Shown here: positions 32,271-41,639 of the stretch, piece after piece
Numbering within the stretch: position 1 is the stretch's first letter
Layout of the letters: each line of letters opens with the position of its first letter
From: Longimicrobiales bacterium
Lineage (GTDB): Bacteria; Gemmatimonadota; Gemmatimonadetes; Longimicrobiales; Gaopeijiaceae
Assembly (NCBI GenBank): GCA_965203485.1
Contig: OZ241892.1
Location: 992,001-1,056,000 of the forward strand
Length of the DNA: 64,000 nucleotides
Direction: 5' to 3'
Program-made: the position numbers and the translations under genes
Notes under the pieces: model-generated
Seen by the model: the letters and a program-made list of their open reading frames with translations, nothing else
Told to the model about the DNA's origin: nothing
Databases searched by the model: none

Positions 32271-33427
32271 TGCACGACCGTTCGAAACAAGGCGTGGTGA
32301 TGCGCATTGGACGCGGCGTTGTTGTTGCATTGGCGGCTAGTGCGCCGGAGACGGCAGCACAACAGATTCTGGAAGTGGACATGGACGCCGGCCGAGAGCT
32401 CGTCGGCGGGATCGAGTACCTGTTCGACTCCAGAACCGCGGCGGTGGACTACGACCGGCGGCTGGTGTTGGTCTCGGAGGCTGCTGATCCACTGGCCGTG
32501 ACGGCCTGGTCCTTGGACGATGGTTCGGTGCGGGACGTCTTCGGGGGTGGCCGGCCGGGCGACGGCCCGGGCGAACTCGCAGGGGTGCAAGCGACGGCCG
32601 TGGGGCCGGACGGCGTCTTCGTGGCGGGATTCGGCAGGGTGCTTCATTGGAGTTGGTCGGGCGCCCTTCTCCATCAATGGAGGCCGACGGCGCCGGGAGC
32701 GCATGCCGTGTGCGCGTTGAACAGCCGTCCGGCGGTCCCGTTGCATCCGAGGGGTCTGGTATTTCGTGGCGACGACGGCGAGAGCGTTGCGTTGGGCGGG
32801 GAAGCCAGCGCTCGGTTGGACTGGGACCGGAAGCGGCCTGACGATCTCCTCTCCAGCTATTCCGCCTACAGTTCAACCTTGATGACATGTGCGGACTCTG
32901 CCGCATACGTGCTGCACAGCGCTGGCCACACGCTCACGGAATACAAGACGAGAGCGGAGCCGCGCTTGATCGCAATGCCCGCGGAGTTGGCGGAAGCGGC
33001 ACGCAAGAAGATGGAGTCTTCCACGCAGAACGCCTTTTCTTCTGGATACTCCCAACTGTTCTTGGCCGACGACGGTCGGCTCGTCGTCATGACGAAGGCG
33101 TACGGGTTGGCGGGAGCTGTGGTGGACCGGGCGACGGGTTGCTACGCGCTGTTGAAGAACAAGCCCGATCCGCCCGTCTGGAGCTACGTCGGGATGTTTG
33201 CCGACAGCCTCGTGACGCTGGAGGGCAGCCGGCAACCGACGACGATGGTTGTGGACGGGAAGGAACGCCGCGTGTTTGTGGGGGACGAGACGCACATCTT
33301 CGTGCGCCCGGTTCGGCCCGCCTCGGGCGTGCCCTGCGACCCCGGCGGCCTGGCGGCGTTCGTGGAGTTCGGCGATCTGGACGTGCCGGCCGTGGTCGCG
33401 CGCAGGTTGCCGGCCGAAGTGCGGTAG
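32270..33427 (+). CDS. beta-propeller protein, paralog of 40579-41625, with a chimeric C-terminal tail from the 24994-26604 gene type
   Basis: QQILEVDMDAGRE, PGDGPGEL; tail [27 protein letters not shown]. Confidence 0.8.
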   Translation: MHDRSKQGVVMRIGRGVVVALAASAPETAAQQILEVDMDAGRELVGGIEYLFDSRTAAVDYDRRLVLVSEAADPLAVTAWSLDDGSVRDVFGGGRPGDGPGELAGVQATAVGPDGVFVAGFGRVLHWSWSGALLHQWRPTAPGAHAVCALNSRPAVPLHPRGLVFRGDDGESVALGGEASARLDWDRKRPDDLLSSYSAYSSTLMTCADSAAYVLHSAGHTLTEYKTRAEPRLIAMPAELAEAARKKMESSTQNAFSSGYSQLFLADDGRLVVMTKAYGLAGAVVDRATGCYALLKNKPDPPVWSYVGMFADSLVTLEGSRQPTTMVVDGKERRVFVGDETHIFVRPVRPASGVPCDPGGLAAFVEFGDLDVPAVVARRLPAEVR

Positions 33428-33871
33428 CGAGCGTGTCGACGGGCGCTCCCCTTGCGTGGGCTCGCCGGTCCGTGGACGCCGTGCGGATCAGGGCCCCGGC
33501 TTTGCGGGCGGTCGGCGTTGCGATCCTCTTGGGCGGCCTTTCGTGGCGACCTTGGCCGTGGCTGGCTCGGCGCTTTGGGGCTGGACGATGCTCTGGTCCT
33601 ACGTGGAGCAGGCCGCGGCCCGTCGGGGTCGCGCGGCCGGCGTCCCCGGTCCCCTCGTCTCTCGCCCGCGAGACGGAGTTCCCGGCCGGGTCGCGCGGCC
33701 CCGCCGGGGGCTCCGCTCGACGGGGCTTTCGGCGGCCCTTCCGGAGCCGCCGCCGCCCGAACGGCGGCCACCGGCGGCGCCGCGGAAGTCGAATCTCGCA
33801 AAAACGCTTGTTCAGCAACGTGAATTGGCGTTTTTCGCCCCCGTGGCGAGGCGTTCTCCGTGCCCCGCAAT

Positions 33872-33984
33872 TTGCCAATTGCGGATCGATTGCTCAACTT
33901 GCTTGGTCCGTGACGGAGAGGTGCGGATCGAGAGTGAAGCGCCGGGGGCGGCCCGCAAGGGACCCGTCGGCAGTCGCGGGAAAG
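33872..33984 (+). repeat. promoter plus 5' domain of the large candidate ncRNA (third, partial copy), fused to the cassette B 5' UTR
   Basis: Matches 38659-38771; TTGCCA-N17-CAACTT. Confidence 0.8.
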
Positions 33985-34025
33985 AAGACTCGTCCTTTCG
34001 TCTCTCATCGACAGGAACTCACGCC

Positions 34026-34394
34026 ATGAACGACAGACAGCGCCGACCCTCCCAACATGCGTTCGCCAGACTGTCTTCGGCGGCCTTCCACGCTGGCTTT
34101 CGCGGAATGCTCGCCGCCGCCAAGACGCGTCACTTAAGCCGGGTGATGGCCTGGACGAAACGAGTCGTCTTGGGTTGGGCCTTGATCATCATTCTTGGTG
34201 GTACCGGCGTCCTGATTGCAACCGAGAGATTACCTGGCGACCAAAAGGTATGTGCAACTTTTTGTCCCACGGACCCAAGTAGCTTCTGTTTGTTTCTTGG
34301 CCACGGCGCCTCCGGAACTTGCAGTCGCGAGGCCTGCTCAATGGCACCATTTATCTTCCCAACAACCATTACATGCGATCTAGCCTTGCGATAG
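34026..34394 (+). CDS. cassette B: secreted 6-Cys peptide precursor (alternative start 34146)
   Basis: Degenerate family leader MNDRQRRPSQHAFARLSSAAFHAGF, second signal MAWTKRVVLGWALIIILGGTGVLIA, core CATFCPTDPSSFCLFLGHGASGTCSREACSMAPFIFPTTITCDLALR. Confidence 0.7.
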   Translation: MNDRQRRPSQHAFARLSSAAFHAGFRGMLAAAKTRHLSRVMAWTKRVVLGWALIIILGGTGVLIATERLPGDQKVCATFCPTDPSSFCLFLGHGASGTCSREACSMAPFIFPTTITCDLALR

Positions 34395-34437
34395 AGCTGC
34401 GCCCGGATTCTCGAATCGGCAACGGTCCAACAGCTTT

Positions 34438-34700
34438 GGCTCTTCGCCTGATGTGGTGGGGAAGGACAGGGGACGGGGACGGAACGGGGATGGCACGGGG
34501 CACGGCGGGTCAGTGCCGGGCGAGGCACAGACAGAGGTCGAGGCCGCCGAGGTGGAAGAGAATGGCCGCGGCGAAGCGGTCCTGGTTGGGAACCCACGAC
34601 TCCGGGCCTGATCGCTTGGATGCGGCTGTTGGCGCCCTCGGCCGGGCCGTTGGTGGCGTTCAGCACGACGGCGTTGACGATGCCCGCAGGTGTGTCCGGA
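34438..34700 (-). mobile_element. ISL3-family remnant: transposase C-terminus plus right end
   Basis: Minus strand gives GIVNAVVLNATNGPAEGANSRIQAI...NQDRFAAAILFHLGGLDL; terminal GGCTCTT as at 39720 and 43247. Confidence 0.75.
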
Positions 34701-34816
34701 CCATCGCCGCCGCCTCCTCGACCGGCCCGAGTCCGAAGGCCGACGCCCATTGCAACCCCGTTACTCCTCGCTGGTCGAGACACTGTTCTTTTCATTGCGT
34801 TTTATGAGGTCTGAGA

Positions 34817-36727
34817 TTGTCAGTCACTCGTCTTGAGAATGTCGCTAAATATGCCACTTATGGCTTAATTGCAGTGACATCGCTGCTGGTGCTGGTGCTT
34901 CTCGGGCGTCGACAAGATGTGGTCGTCACTGAATTCGAAGACATGCCTGCGCCAGTTTATATACCTTTTTGGCGAGATATTGCCGATCTTGGTATAGCAA
35001 TGAACGATGACGGTTCTGCAGATGTAACGGTCATCATTTTTTTCGACCCTCAATGTCCGATCTGTCGGTCATTACATCGCCAGACGATTAAGCCTTTGTT
35101 ATCGGAGACGATGTGGGACGATGTGGAATTTGTCTACGTTGGATATCCGCTTGAGTATTATGAACATTCGAATATTGCAGTGCGCTATTCTATATGTGTA
35201 GCATCCCTTGGCGATTTTCCATCGTGGATGGACAATCTCTATGAGAAGCAAGATTATATCGGAAACAGAAATTGGAGATTATTTGCAAAAGATGTGGGAA
35301 TCAAAAATACAGATAAATTGGAGGAATGTATAAAAGAAGAATCTACAACACGGCAAATTCAAGATATGCTAACCTTTGGTGAAAAAATTGACATACATGG
35401 TGTCCCTGCCATAATTATAGATGGTTGGAAATATCAATACACACCATCGGATAGCTCGCTTCGTGAGATTCTTCATGTTGCATTGGGCAACACTGAACGA
35501 AAATCAGAACCGCATCCAACGTCAAGCGATTCTCTCTTTTCGATACCTTTGATACATTCGAAGATGGAACTGCAAATTGGCAACGAACATGACGTCTTAT
35601 GGACATTGCAGACTGTTGAGGATATAGTAATCGGCGATGACGGACGTGTGTTGGTTTCGCAACCGGGGATTCCAGAAATTCGGGTCTTTGGGCATGATGG
35701 CGAGATCATGGCGACCATCGGCCGCATGGGCGATGGACCTGGAGAGTTTGCGAGCATCGACGCCATGACATGGCAAAATGGAAAAATTATTGTAAATGAC
35801 AATCAACTACTGCGCACTAGCGTTTTTGAACAAGACGGCACTTTTCTGGAATCCAAGCAATGGCTCGTCGACCTGACGCCAACTCATCATGGACGGTTTT
35901 CATTTTTCCCCAATTCGCCGCGTGTCGTTTTCCCAGACGGAACCGGCATCGTCAGGCCGAACATCCTAGCTTTGCCGGACAGACCGGCACACGGGATAAA
36001 CCGCGTGGAGGATCGTGTGCCCTTCTTGAAGATTGACGCAGATGGACGCGTTGTCGACACGCTTGCGTGGGAAGAGACCACGGCGACTGTGTTGACAATG
36101 GAACGACGACAGGCAATGCACTCGATCGTGTCTCCTTTTGGCGAGAACAAGCGGACCACGGTGACGAGCAAGGGAGGCATCGTGGAGGCAAGCGTGAGCC
36201 ACGGGCATGATGGAAGACGTGCGATGAACGCCATTCGAATATGGGCACTTGATCCGACGGGCGATACAGCATGGATTCGAGAATACGAATATCGACCTAT
36301 ACCGGCAACACGGGAGCTAGCGAAGTCGCTGGTCCAAGATGCCGTAGTTTTTTCAGGAGATCCTCAGCATCAACCCTCGGCTGAGATCTTTTATGACGAG
36401 CTTGTAAGGAGAGGAGCGATCAGAGACGATCTGCCGGCATTTTCAGATCTCCATGTCGGCCAGGACGACATCATATGGTTGCGGAGAGATGTGAATTTGA
36501 CGTCGGCTGAATACGCCATCTTGGACATGCTCGGAAACGTCAGAGGAACGGTGCAACTTCCCAGGCGACATCGCGTGACGGCGAGCCGCGACGACGTCGT
36601 GTACGCCGTTGCGGAAGGCGCATTGGGCGTTCCCGTGCTGTTCCGGTACAGCATTGAGATGCCTGAAGCCTTCAAGAGCGCGTGGCAGTCAGAACGTGCT
36701 GGAAGATCGACAAGAGAGCGGAATTGA
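34817..36727 (+). CDS. DsbA/thioredoxin-fold domain fused to a 6-bladed beta-propeller, N-terminal membrane anchor; AT-rich 5' half
   Basis: FFDPQCPIC, IHGVPAIIIDG; then LQIG, IGRMGDGPGEF, LGVPVLFRY. Confidence 0.8.
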   Translation: MSVTRLENVAKYATYGLIAVTSLLVLVLLGRRQDVVVTEFEDMPAPVYIPFWRDIADLGIAMNDDGSADVTVIIFFDPQCPICRSLHRQTIKPLLSETMWDDVEFVYVGYPLEYYEHSNIAVRYSICVASLGDFPSWMDNLYEKQDYIGNRNWRLFAKDVGIKNTDKLEECIKEESTTRQIQDMLTFGEKIDIHGVPAIIIDGWKYQYTPSDSSLREILHVALGNTERKSEPHPTSSDSLFSIPLIHSKMELQIGNEHDVLWTLQTVEDIVIGDDGRVLVSQPGIPEIRVFGHDGEIMATIGRMGDGPGEFASIDAMTWQNGKIIVNDNQLLRTSVFEQDGTFLESKQWLVDLTPTHHGRFSFFPNSPRVVFPDGTGIVRPNILALPDRPAHGINRVEDRVPFLKIDADGRVVDTLAWEETTATVLTMERRQAMHSIVSPFGENKRTTVTSKGGIVEASVSHGHDGRRAMNAIRIWALDPTGDTAWIREYEYRPIPATRELAKSLVQDAVVFSGDPQHQPSAEIFYDELVRRGAIRDDLPAFSDLHVGQDDIIWLRRDVNLTSAEYAILDMLGNVRGTVQLPRRHRVTASRDDVVYAVAEGALGVPVLFRYSIEMPEAFKSAWQSERAGRSTRERN

Positions 36728-36759
36728 TCCGATGAGCACGAGCCAAGGAACTGAAACGG

Positions 36760-38030
36760 TGGAGTTGACCCGGTATGGTGGACGGGCAAGGATCTTGGGT
36801 TCAGGTAGTGCGATGTGAAACATGACTTTGGGAAGGACGGAGGCGCAAGGGCGCCGAACGGCCTCGTGTCGAGGGGGTCGGTGCACCTACGCGACCGCAC
36901 GCTTGCGCTCGAAGCCGGCGGGGATTCGCAGTCGAGCGCCGAGAGTCGGCGCCGCGAGTTGTAGAAGCCTTCGATGAAGGCGAAGACGGCGCGCCGGGCT
37001 TCGGCCGGACTTGTTGAACTGGCAACGGTCGAGCAACTCGCATTCCAACGTGGCGAAGAAGCTCTCGCACATCGCGTTGTCGTAGGCGTCGCCCACCGAG
37101 CCCGTCGAGCGACGCACGCCGGGCTTCCTGCACCGCTCGCCGAACGCCGAGGACGTGTACTGCGACCCCTGATCCGAATGATGGATCACGGTCTCTGGAC
37201 AGCGGTTCTCGACGGCCATGGCGAGCGCGCGCTCGACGAGTTCGCCGCGCAGGTGCGTCTCCATGGCCCAGCCGACGACGCGGCGGCTCCAGGCGTCGAC
37301 GACGACGGCCAGGTAGAGCCATCCGGCCCCGGCCGACACGTGCGTGATGTCGGCGACCCAGAGCTGGTCGGGGCCTTCGGCGCTGAAGTCGCGCTCGACC
37401 AAGTCCGGAGCCGGGCGCGCGTCGGCGTCGCGCACCGTCAGCGCCACCTTGCGGCGCCTGCGGCTCGCGCCCTCGATGCCCTCCTCGCGCATGAGGCGGG
37501 CGACGCGCTTCGAACCGACGCGCTCGCCCCAGGCCGCGAGATCGGCGTGGATGCGCGGCCGACTCGCTTCCCAGCTACGGCGCACCGAGACGCGCAACGC
37601 GTCGTCGCGCAACGCGCTCGCACATCGCGCGCACGGGAAACACGGCCCGGTGCGCTTTCACGAACTCGAACCCTCTCCGGGAATCGAGCCGCTCTCCCGA
37701 GCGAACCAGGCCGCGGCTTTTTTTAGGATGTCGCGCTCGAGGCGCAACTGCTTGTTCTCCCGCTTCAGGCGGCGCAACTCGTCCCGCTCGCGCGTCGTCG
37801 TCCCGTCGTCGCGACGGCCCTCGTCGAGATCGGCCTGCTCGACCCAGTTGCGGATCGTCGGCGCCGACGGCTCGAACTCACGCGCCAGCGCCTCCGGCGA
37901 CCGGCCCGAACGCGCCAGATCCACCATTCGCCGCCGGTACTCCAGCGGGTACTGCTTGCGTTTCTTCGGCATCGTGGACTCCTCCTCGTCCCGAAAGATT
38001 GAACGTGTCCACCATGCCGGGGCAACTCCA
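36760..38030 (-). mobile_element. IS3-family element with both IRs; orfA 37972-37658 intact, orfB degraded
   Basis: TG...CA ends (TGGAGTTGCCCCGGCATGGTGGAC / TGGAGTTGACCCGGTATGGTGGAC); orfA MPKKRKQYPLEYRR...ERDILKKAAAWFA; A7G slippery site 37717-37724; no clear target duplication. Confidence 0.92.
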
Positions 38031-38771
38031 GGTTGTGGACGGGAAGGAACGCCGCGTGTTTGTGGGGGACGAGACGCACATCTTCGTGCGCCCGGTTCGG
38101 CCCGCCTCGGGCGTGCCCTGCGACCCCGGCGGCCTGGCGGCGTTCGTGGAGTTCGGCGATCTGGACGTGCCGGCCGTGGTCGCGCGCAGGTTGCCGGCCG
38201 AAGTGCGGTAGCGAGCGTGTCGACGGGCGCTCCCCTTGCGTGGGCTCGCCGGTCCGTGGACGCCGCGCGGATCAGGGCCCCGGCTTTGCGGGCGGTCGGC
38301 GTTGCGATCCTCTTGGGCGGCCTTTCGTGGCGACCTTGGCCGTGGCTGGCTCGGCGCTTTGGGGCTGGACGATGCTCTGGTCCTACGTGGAGCAGGCCGC
38401 GGCCCGTCGGGGTCGCGCGGCCGGCGTCTCCGGTCCCCTCGTCTCTCGCCCGCGAGACGGAGTTCCCGGCCGGGTCGCGCGGCCCAGCCGGGGGCTCCGC
38501 TCGACGGGGCTTCGGCGGCCCTTCCGGAGCCGCCGCCGCCCGAACGGCGGCCACCGGCGGCGCCGCGGAAGTCACGCGAATCTCGCAAAAACGCTTGTTC
38601 AGCAACGTGAATTGGCGTTTTTCGCCCCCGTGGCGAGGCGTTCTCCGTGCGCCGCAATTTGCCAATTGCGGATCGATTGCTCAACTTGCTTGGTCCGTGA
38701 CGGAGAGGTGCGGATCGAGAGTGAAGCGCCGGGGGCGGCCCGCAAGGGACCCGTCGGCAGTCGCGGGAAAG
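38031..38771 (+). repeat. near-identical direct repeat of 33247-33984
   Basis: Propeller 3' end, downstream spacer and ncRNA 5' domain repeated with few differences. Confidence 0.95.
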
Positions 38772-39164
38772 CCGGAAGCCGGACAGGCTTCGCGCACAAG
38801 GGGAGGGGAGTCCCGTCAGGGACGACCGGCCCTGGACGGCGAGTCTTCCGGAAGTCGGCAGCGCCGGGGAGGCCGGGCGTCGCGTTGCGAGACGCAGGCG
38901 GTGCGGTTCCACGGCGAGCGCGGCATCCCGGTTTCGGCGGGAGCCGCGACGGTTGCAAGGTCGCTGGACGCAACCGGAGTCCCCGGGAACGGGGGACGGC
39001 CCGAGCCGCGGAGAGCGCCGGAGACGGCGAAGGAAGCGGGGAGGGAGAAGAGCACGGAGGACCGTGCCGCTGCACACGGCGGCGCCGAAACGGAGCCCTC
39101 CCGCTCGCCAGCGAGATTGAGCCCCCGGCCGGGTGGTGTGCCTCCCGCCGGGGGCTCTTTTTTT
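38693..39164 (+). ncRNA. candidate large structured ncRNA, copy B (diverged homolog of 44955-45421)
   Basis: Promoter TTGCCA-N17-CAACTT (38659-38687); same helices as copy A; terminator at 39119-39164. Confidence 0.65.
39119..39164 (+). terminator. intrinsic terminator
   Basis: GAGCCCCCGGC...GCCGGGGGCTC followed by T7. Confidence 0.85.
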
Positions 39165-39395
39165 GCGTGCGTTGCCCGTCTGGTCGCCGCGCGTTGTCCG
39201 TCCGCCGGCGGGTTACATTAAACGGCTTGGCTCGAGCCGGTCCTTGGAACCGAACGCGGGGCGGTTCCGTAGTGGAGCGTCCGAAAGCGGCGGGCCGCAC
39301 GTCCCCTTCAACCCGGTCTTCCCCGTGCGGGTTCCCAAACGACCGGCAACACTCGGAGCGCCGCCCTCCTCCTGGGACGGCGGCGAGCGCAACCC

Positions 39396-39647
39396 ATGAC
39401 CGAACCAAAGGAATCCGCCGAGGCCGAGGCCGGCCCGGACTCCCAGACCAGACGACGATTCGACCCGAACGACATCTCTCCGGAGTTCGTTCACGACAAC
39501 TACGGCCTTGAAGAGGCGCTTTGGTTCCTCGCCGGTAGCCCCGGCGGCGACGGGCGCGCCGCGGCGTGGTTTCTCGCCTACGTTGCGGCGTGGCTGGGCG
39601 TGGGTGCGGCCGGCATCCGCGCCGTAGCCGAGCGCCGGGCCACGTAG
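39396..39647 (+). pseudogene. chimeric ORF: diverged rpsA N-terminus fused to a copy of the ABC permease C-terminus
   Basis: RFDPNDISPEFVHDNYG (cf. rpsA RFDPDDISPEFVHDTYG) plus [25 protein letters not shown] (cf. 30591-30733). Confidence 0.85.
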
Positions 39648-39675
39648 GTGCTCCTGCCGTCGCCCGAAAGCGGAT

Positions 39676-39704
39676 TTGACACGCAATGACCGATTGATTA
39701 CCTT
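39676..39704 (+). promoter_or_regulatory. sigma70-like promoter of cassette D', separated from its gene by an ISL3 fragment
   Basis: TTGACA-N17-TACCTT, homologous to the 31639 promoter. Confidence 0.6.
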
Positions 39705-39719
39705 GCCGTAAGATATACA

Positions 39720-40066
39720 GGCTCTTCCCCTGTTTCGGTGGGCGTCGTAGGATGGACAGGAGTGGCGGCGTGACTCTGGGAGCGAGGAGAGCGGATGGAG
39801 ATGCGGGAGTGGGTGGAGCGGCTGATGGGTCTGGGGCCGGAGTGGCGGATCGAGCGGGTGGACGAGGATTCGGAGCGGCAGGACGCGCGGGTGGCGCTGG
39901 CGCGCGAGGCGGGTTCGGCGTTGCGGTGTCCGGAGTGCGGGCGGGCGTGTCCGGGTTGCGGCGGGAGTGGCGGGGGCTGGACGCATGGGGATACAAGACG
40001 TTCGTGGTGTACGACGTGCCTCGGGTGGAATGTCCCGAGCACGGGGTGGTGACGACGCGGGTGCCG
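39720..40066 (+). mobile_element. ISL3-family left end plus truncated transposase 5' part
   Basis: GGCTCTT terminus; LRCPECGRAC zinc finger; WRGLDAWGYKTFVVYDVPRVECPEHGV. Confidence 0.85.
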
Positions 40067-40100
40067 TCTCTCATCTCTCCTCGACAGGGAACTCCCGCCC

Positions 40101-40577
40101 ATGAGTGACAGATACCGACTCTCTCAGTTTCTGTTTGCCGGATTGCTTTCGGCGGCTTTCCAGGCTGGCGTTGCCCCGGCGGCAACTGGAGCCCTTCAAT
40201 CCCCCTCTTCGTTCTTCGTAGGCGCGACGGAAGCGTATGGTGACGTAGGACAAGTCGGTGGTGCGGACGATTGGATGGCGGCCACAAAGGACTTCGTCGC
40301 CGGCGAGCAGCGCGCCCGCACCGAAGACGTTGCGCCCCCGCAAGAGTGTGGAGCGCCGTCCATCCGTTCCGATGCCGCCTACTGCCCCGAATGGGCCAGT
40401 AAGAGCAGGATCACGCCCAGTAGCGGCGCTCCAGGCGAGATTGACGGAGTCGAAATCACGGCGTGCAGGCTCAGAGGCCAGAAAGTGGTTTACATCGAAC
40501 ACCTCTGGTTCGATACCTTTGCTGTCTGGGAATGCGACTACGGCCCATGTGGAACCCGCTCTCACATTTCGCACTGA
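40101..40577 (+). CDS. cassette D': intact 158-aa secreted Cys-containing protein
   Basis: MSDRYRLSQFLFAGLLSAAFQAGVAPAATGA signal; 5 Cys in the C-terminal half; stop two bases before the propeller ATG. Confidence 0.8.
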   Translation: MSDRYRLSQFLFAGLLSAAFQAGVAPAATGALQSPSSFFVGATEAYGDVGQVGGADDWMAATKDFVAGEQRARTEDVAPPQECGAPSIRSDAAYCPEWASKSRITPSSGAPGEIDGVEITACRLRGQKVVYIEHLWFDTFAVWECDYGPCGTRSHISH

Positions 40578-40578
40578 C

Positions 40579-41625
40579 ATGCGCATTTGGAGTGGCGTTG
40601 CTGTTGCGTTGGCCACTGGCGTGCCGGATGGATCGACGCAACAGATTCTGGAAGTGGACATGGATGCCGGCCGGGAGCTCGTCGGCGGGATCGAGTACCT
40701 GTTCGACTCCAGGACTGCGGTAGTGGACTATGGTCGGCGGCTGGTGATGGTCTCGGAGGCTGCCGATCCATTGGCCGTGACGGCCTACTCGCTGGACGAC
40801 GGTTCGGTGCAAGGCATCTTCGGAGGCGGCCAGCTGGGCGACGGGCCCGGCGAACTCACGCACTTGGAGGCAGTGGCCGTTGGATCAGACGGCGTCTTCG
40901 TGGCCGGAAGAGGCAGGGTGCTCCACTGGAGTTGGTCGGGCGTCCTTCTCCATCGATGGAGGCCGACCGCACCGGGAACGAACGCTCTATGCGCATTGAA
41001 CGGCCGTCCCGCCGTTCCGTTGCAGGACAAGGGGGTGGTGTTCCGTGGCGACGACGGCGAGAGCGTTGCGTTGGGCGGAGAAGCCCGATCCGAATTGGAC
41101 TGGTCCGCGGCCTCTAGGCGCGATGACCTTCTCGATATCTTTACCGCCTACGGTCAAGCCAAGGTGGCATGTGCTGATTCGGCGGCATATGTGCTGGCCG
41201 GCATGAACCATGTGCTCACGGAGTACAAGACGGGAGCGGAGCCGCGCTTGGTCGCGATGCCCGCAGAGTTGGTGGAAGCGGCACGCAAGAGAATGGAAGA
41301 ATCCAGCCAGAACGCCTTTTATCCTGGGTACGAGACCCTGTTCCTGGCCGACGACGGTCGGCTTGTCGTCACGACGTTGGCGTACGGGCTGGCGGGAGCG
41401 GTCGTGGACCGGAAGACGGGCTGTTACGCACTGTTGAAGAACAAGCCCAATCCGCCCGCATGGAGCTACGTCGGGATGTTCGCCGACAGCCTCGTGACGC
41501 TGGAGGGCAGCCGACAACCGACGACGATGGTTTTGGACGGAAAGGAACGTCGCGTGTTTGTATCGGACGAGACGCACATCTTCGTGCGCCCGGTTCGGCC
41601 CGCATCGGGCCAGCCCTGTACGTAG
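40579..41625 (+). CDS. beta-propeller protein partner of cassette D'
   Basis: QQILEVDMDAGRE, LGDGPGEL; close paralog of 32270-33427. Confidence 0.8.
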   Translation: MRIWSGVAVALATGVPDGSTQQILEVDMDAGRELVGGIEYLFDSRTAVVDYGRRLVMVSEAADPLAVTAYSLDDGSVQGIFGGGQLGDGPGELTHLEAVAVGSDGVFVAGRGRVLHWSWSGVLLHRWRPTAPGTNALCALNGRPAVPLQDKGVVFRGDDGESVALGGEARSELDWSAASRRDDLLDIFTAYGQAKVACADSAAYVLAGMNHVLTEYKTGAEPRLVAMPAELVEAARKRMEESSQNAFYPGYETLFLADDGRLVVTTLAYGLAGAVVDRKTGCYALLKNKPNPPAWSYVGMFADSLVTLEGSRQPTTMVLDGKERRVFVSDETHIFVRPVRPASGQPCT

Positions 41626-41639
41626 CGGGACGCTCTTCA

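Noticed and set aside
33433..33700. Small membrane protein gene downstream of the propeller tail (also at ~26610 and ~38217)
   Set aside because: A hydrophobic stretch is visible, but every copy is frameshifted or IS-truncated; not enough support for a call.
24389..41625. Classical RiPP cluster (lanthipeptide, sactipeptide, proteusin)
   Set aside because: No radical SAM, LanM, YcaO or C39-peptidase transporter genes; leaders look like Sec signal peptides.
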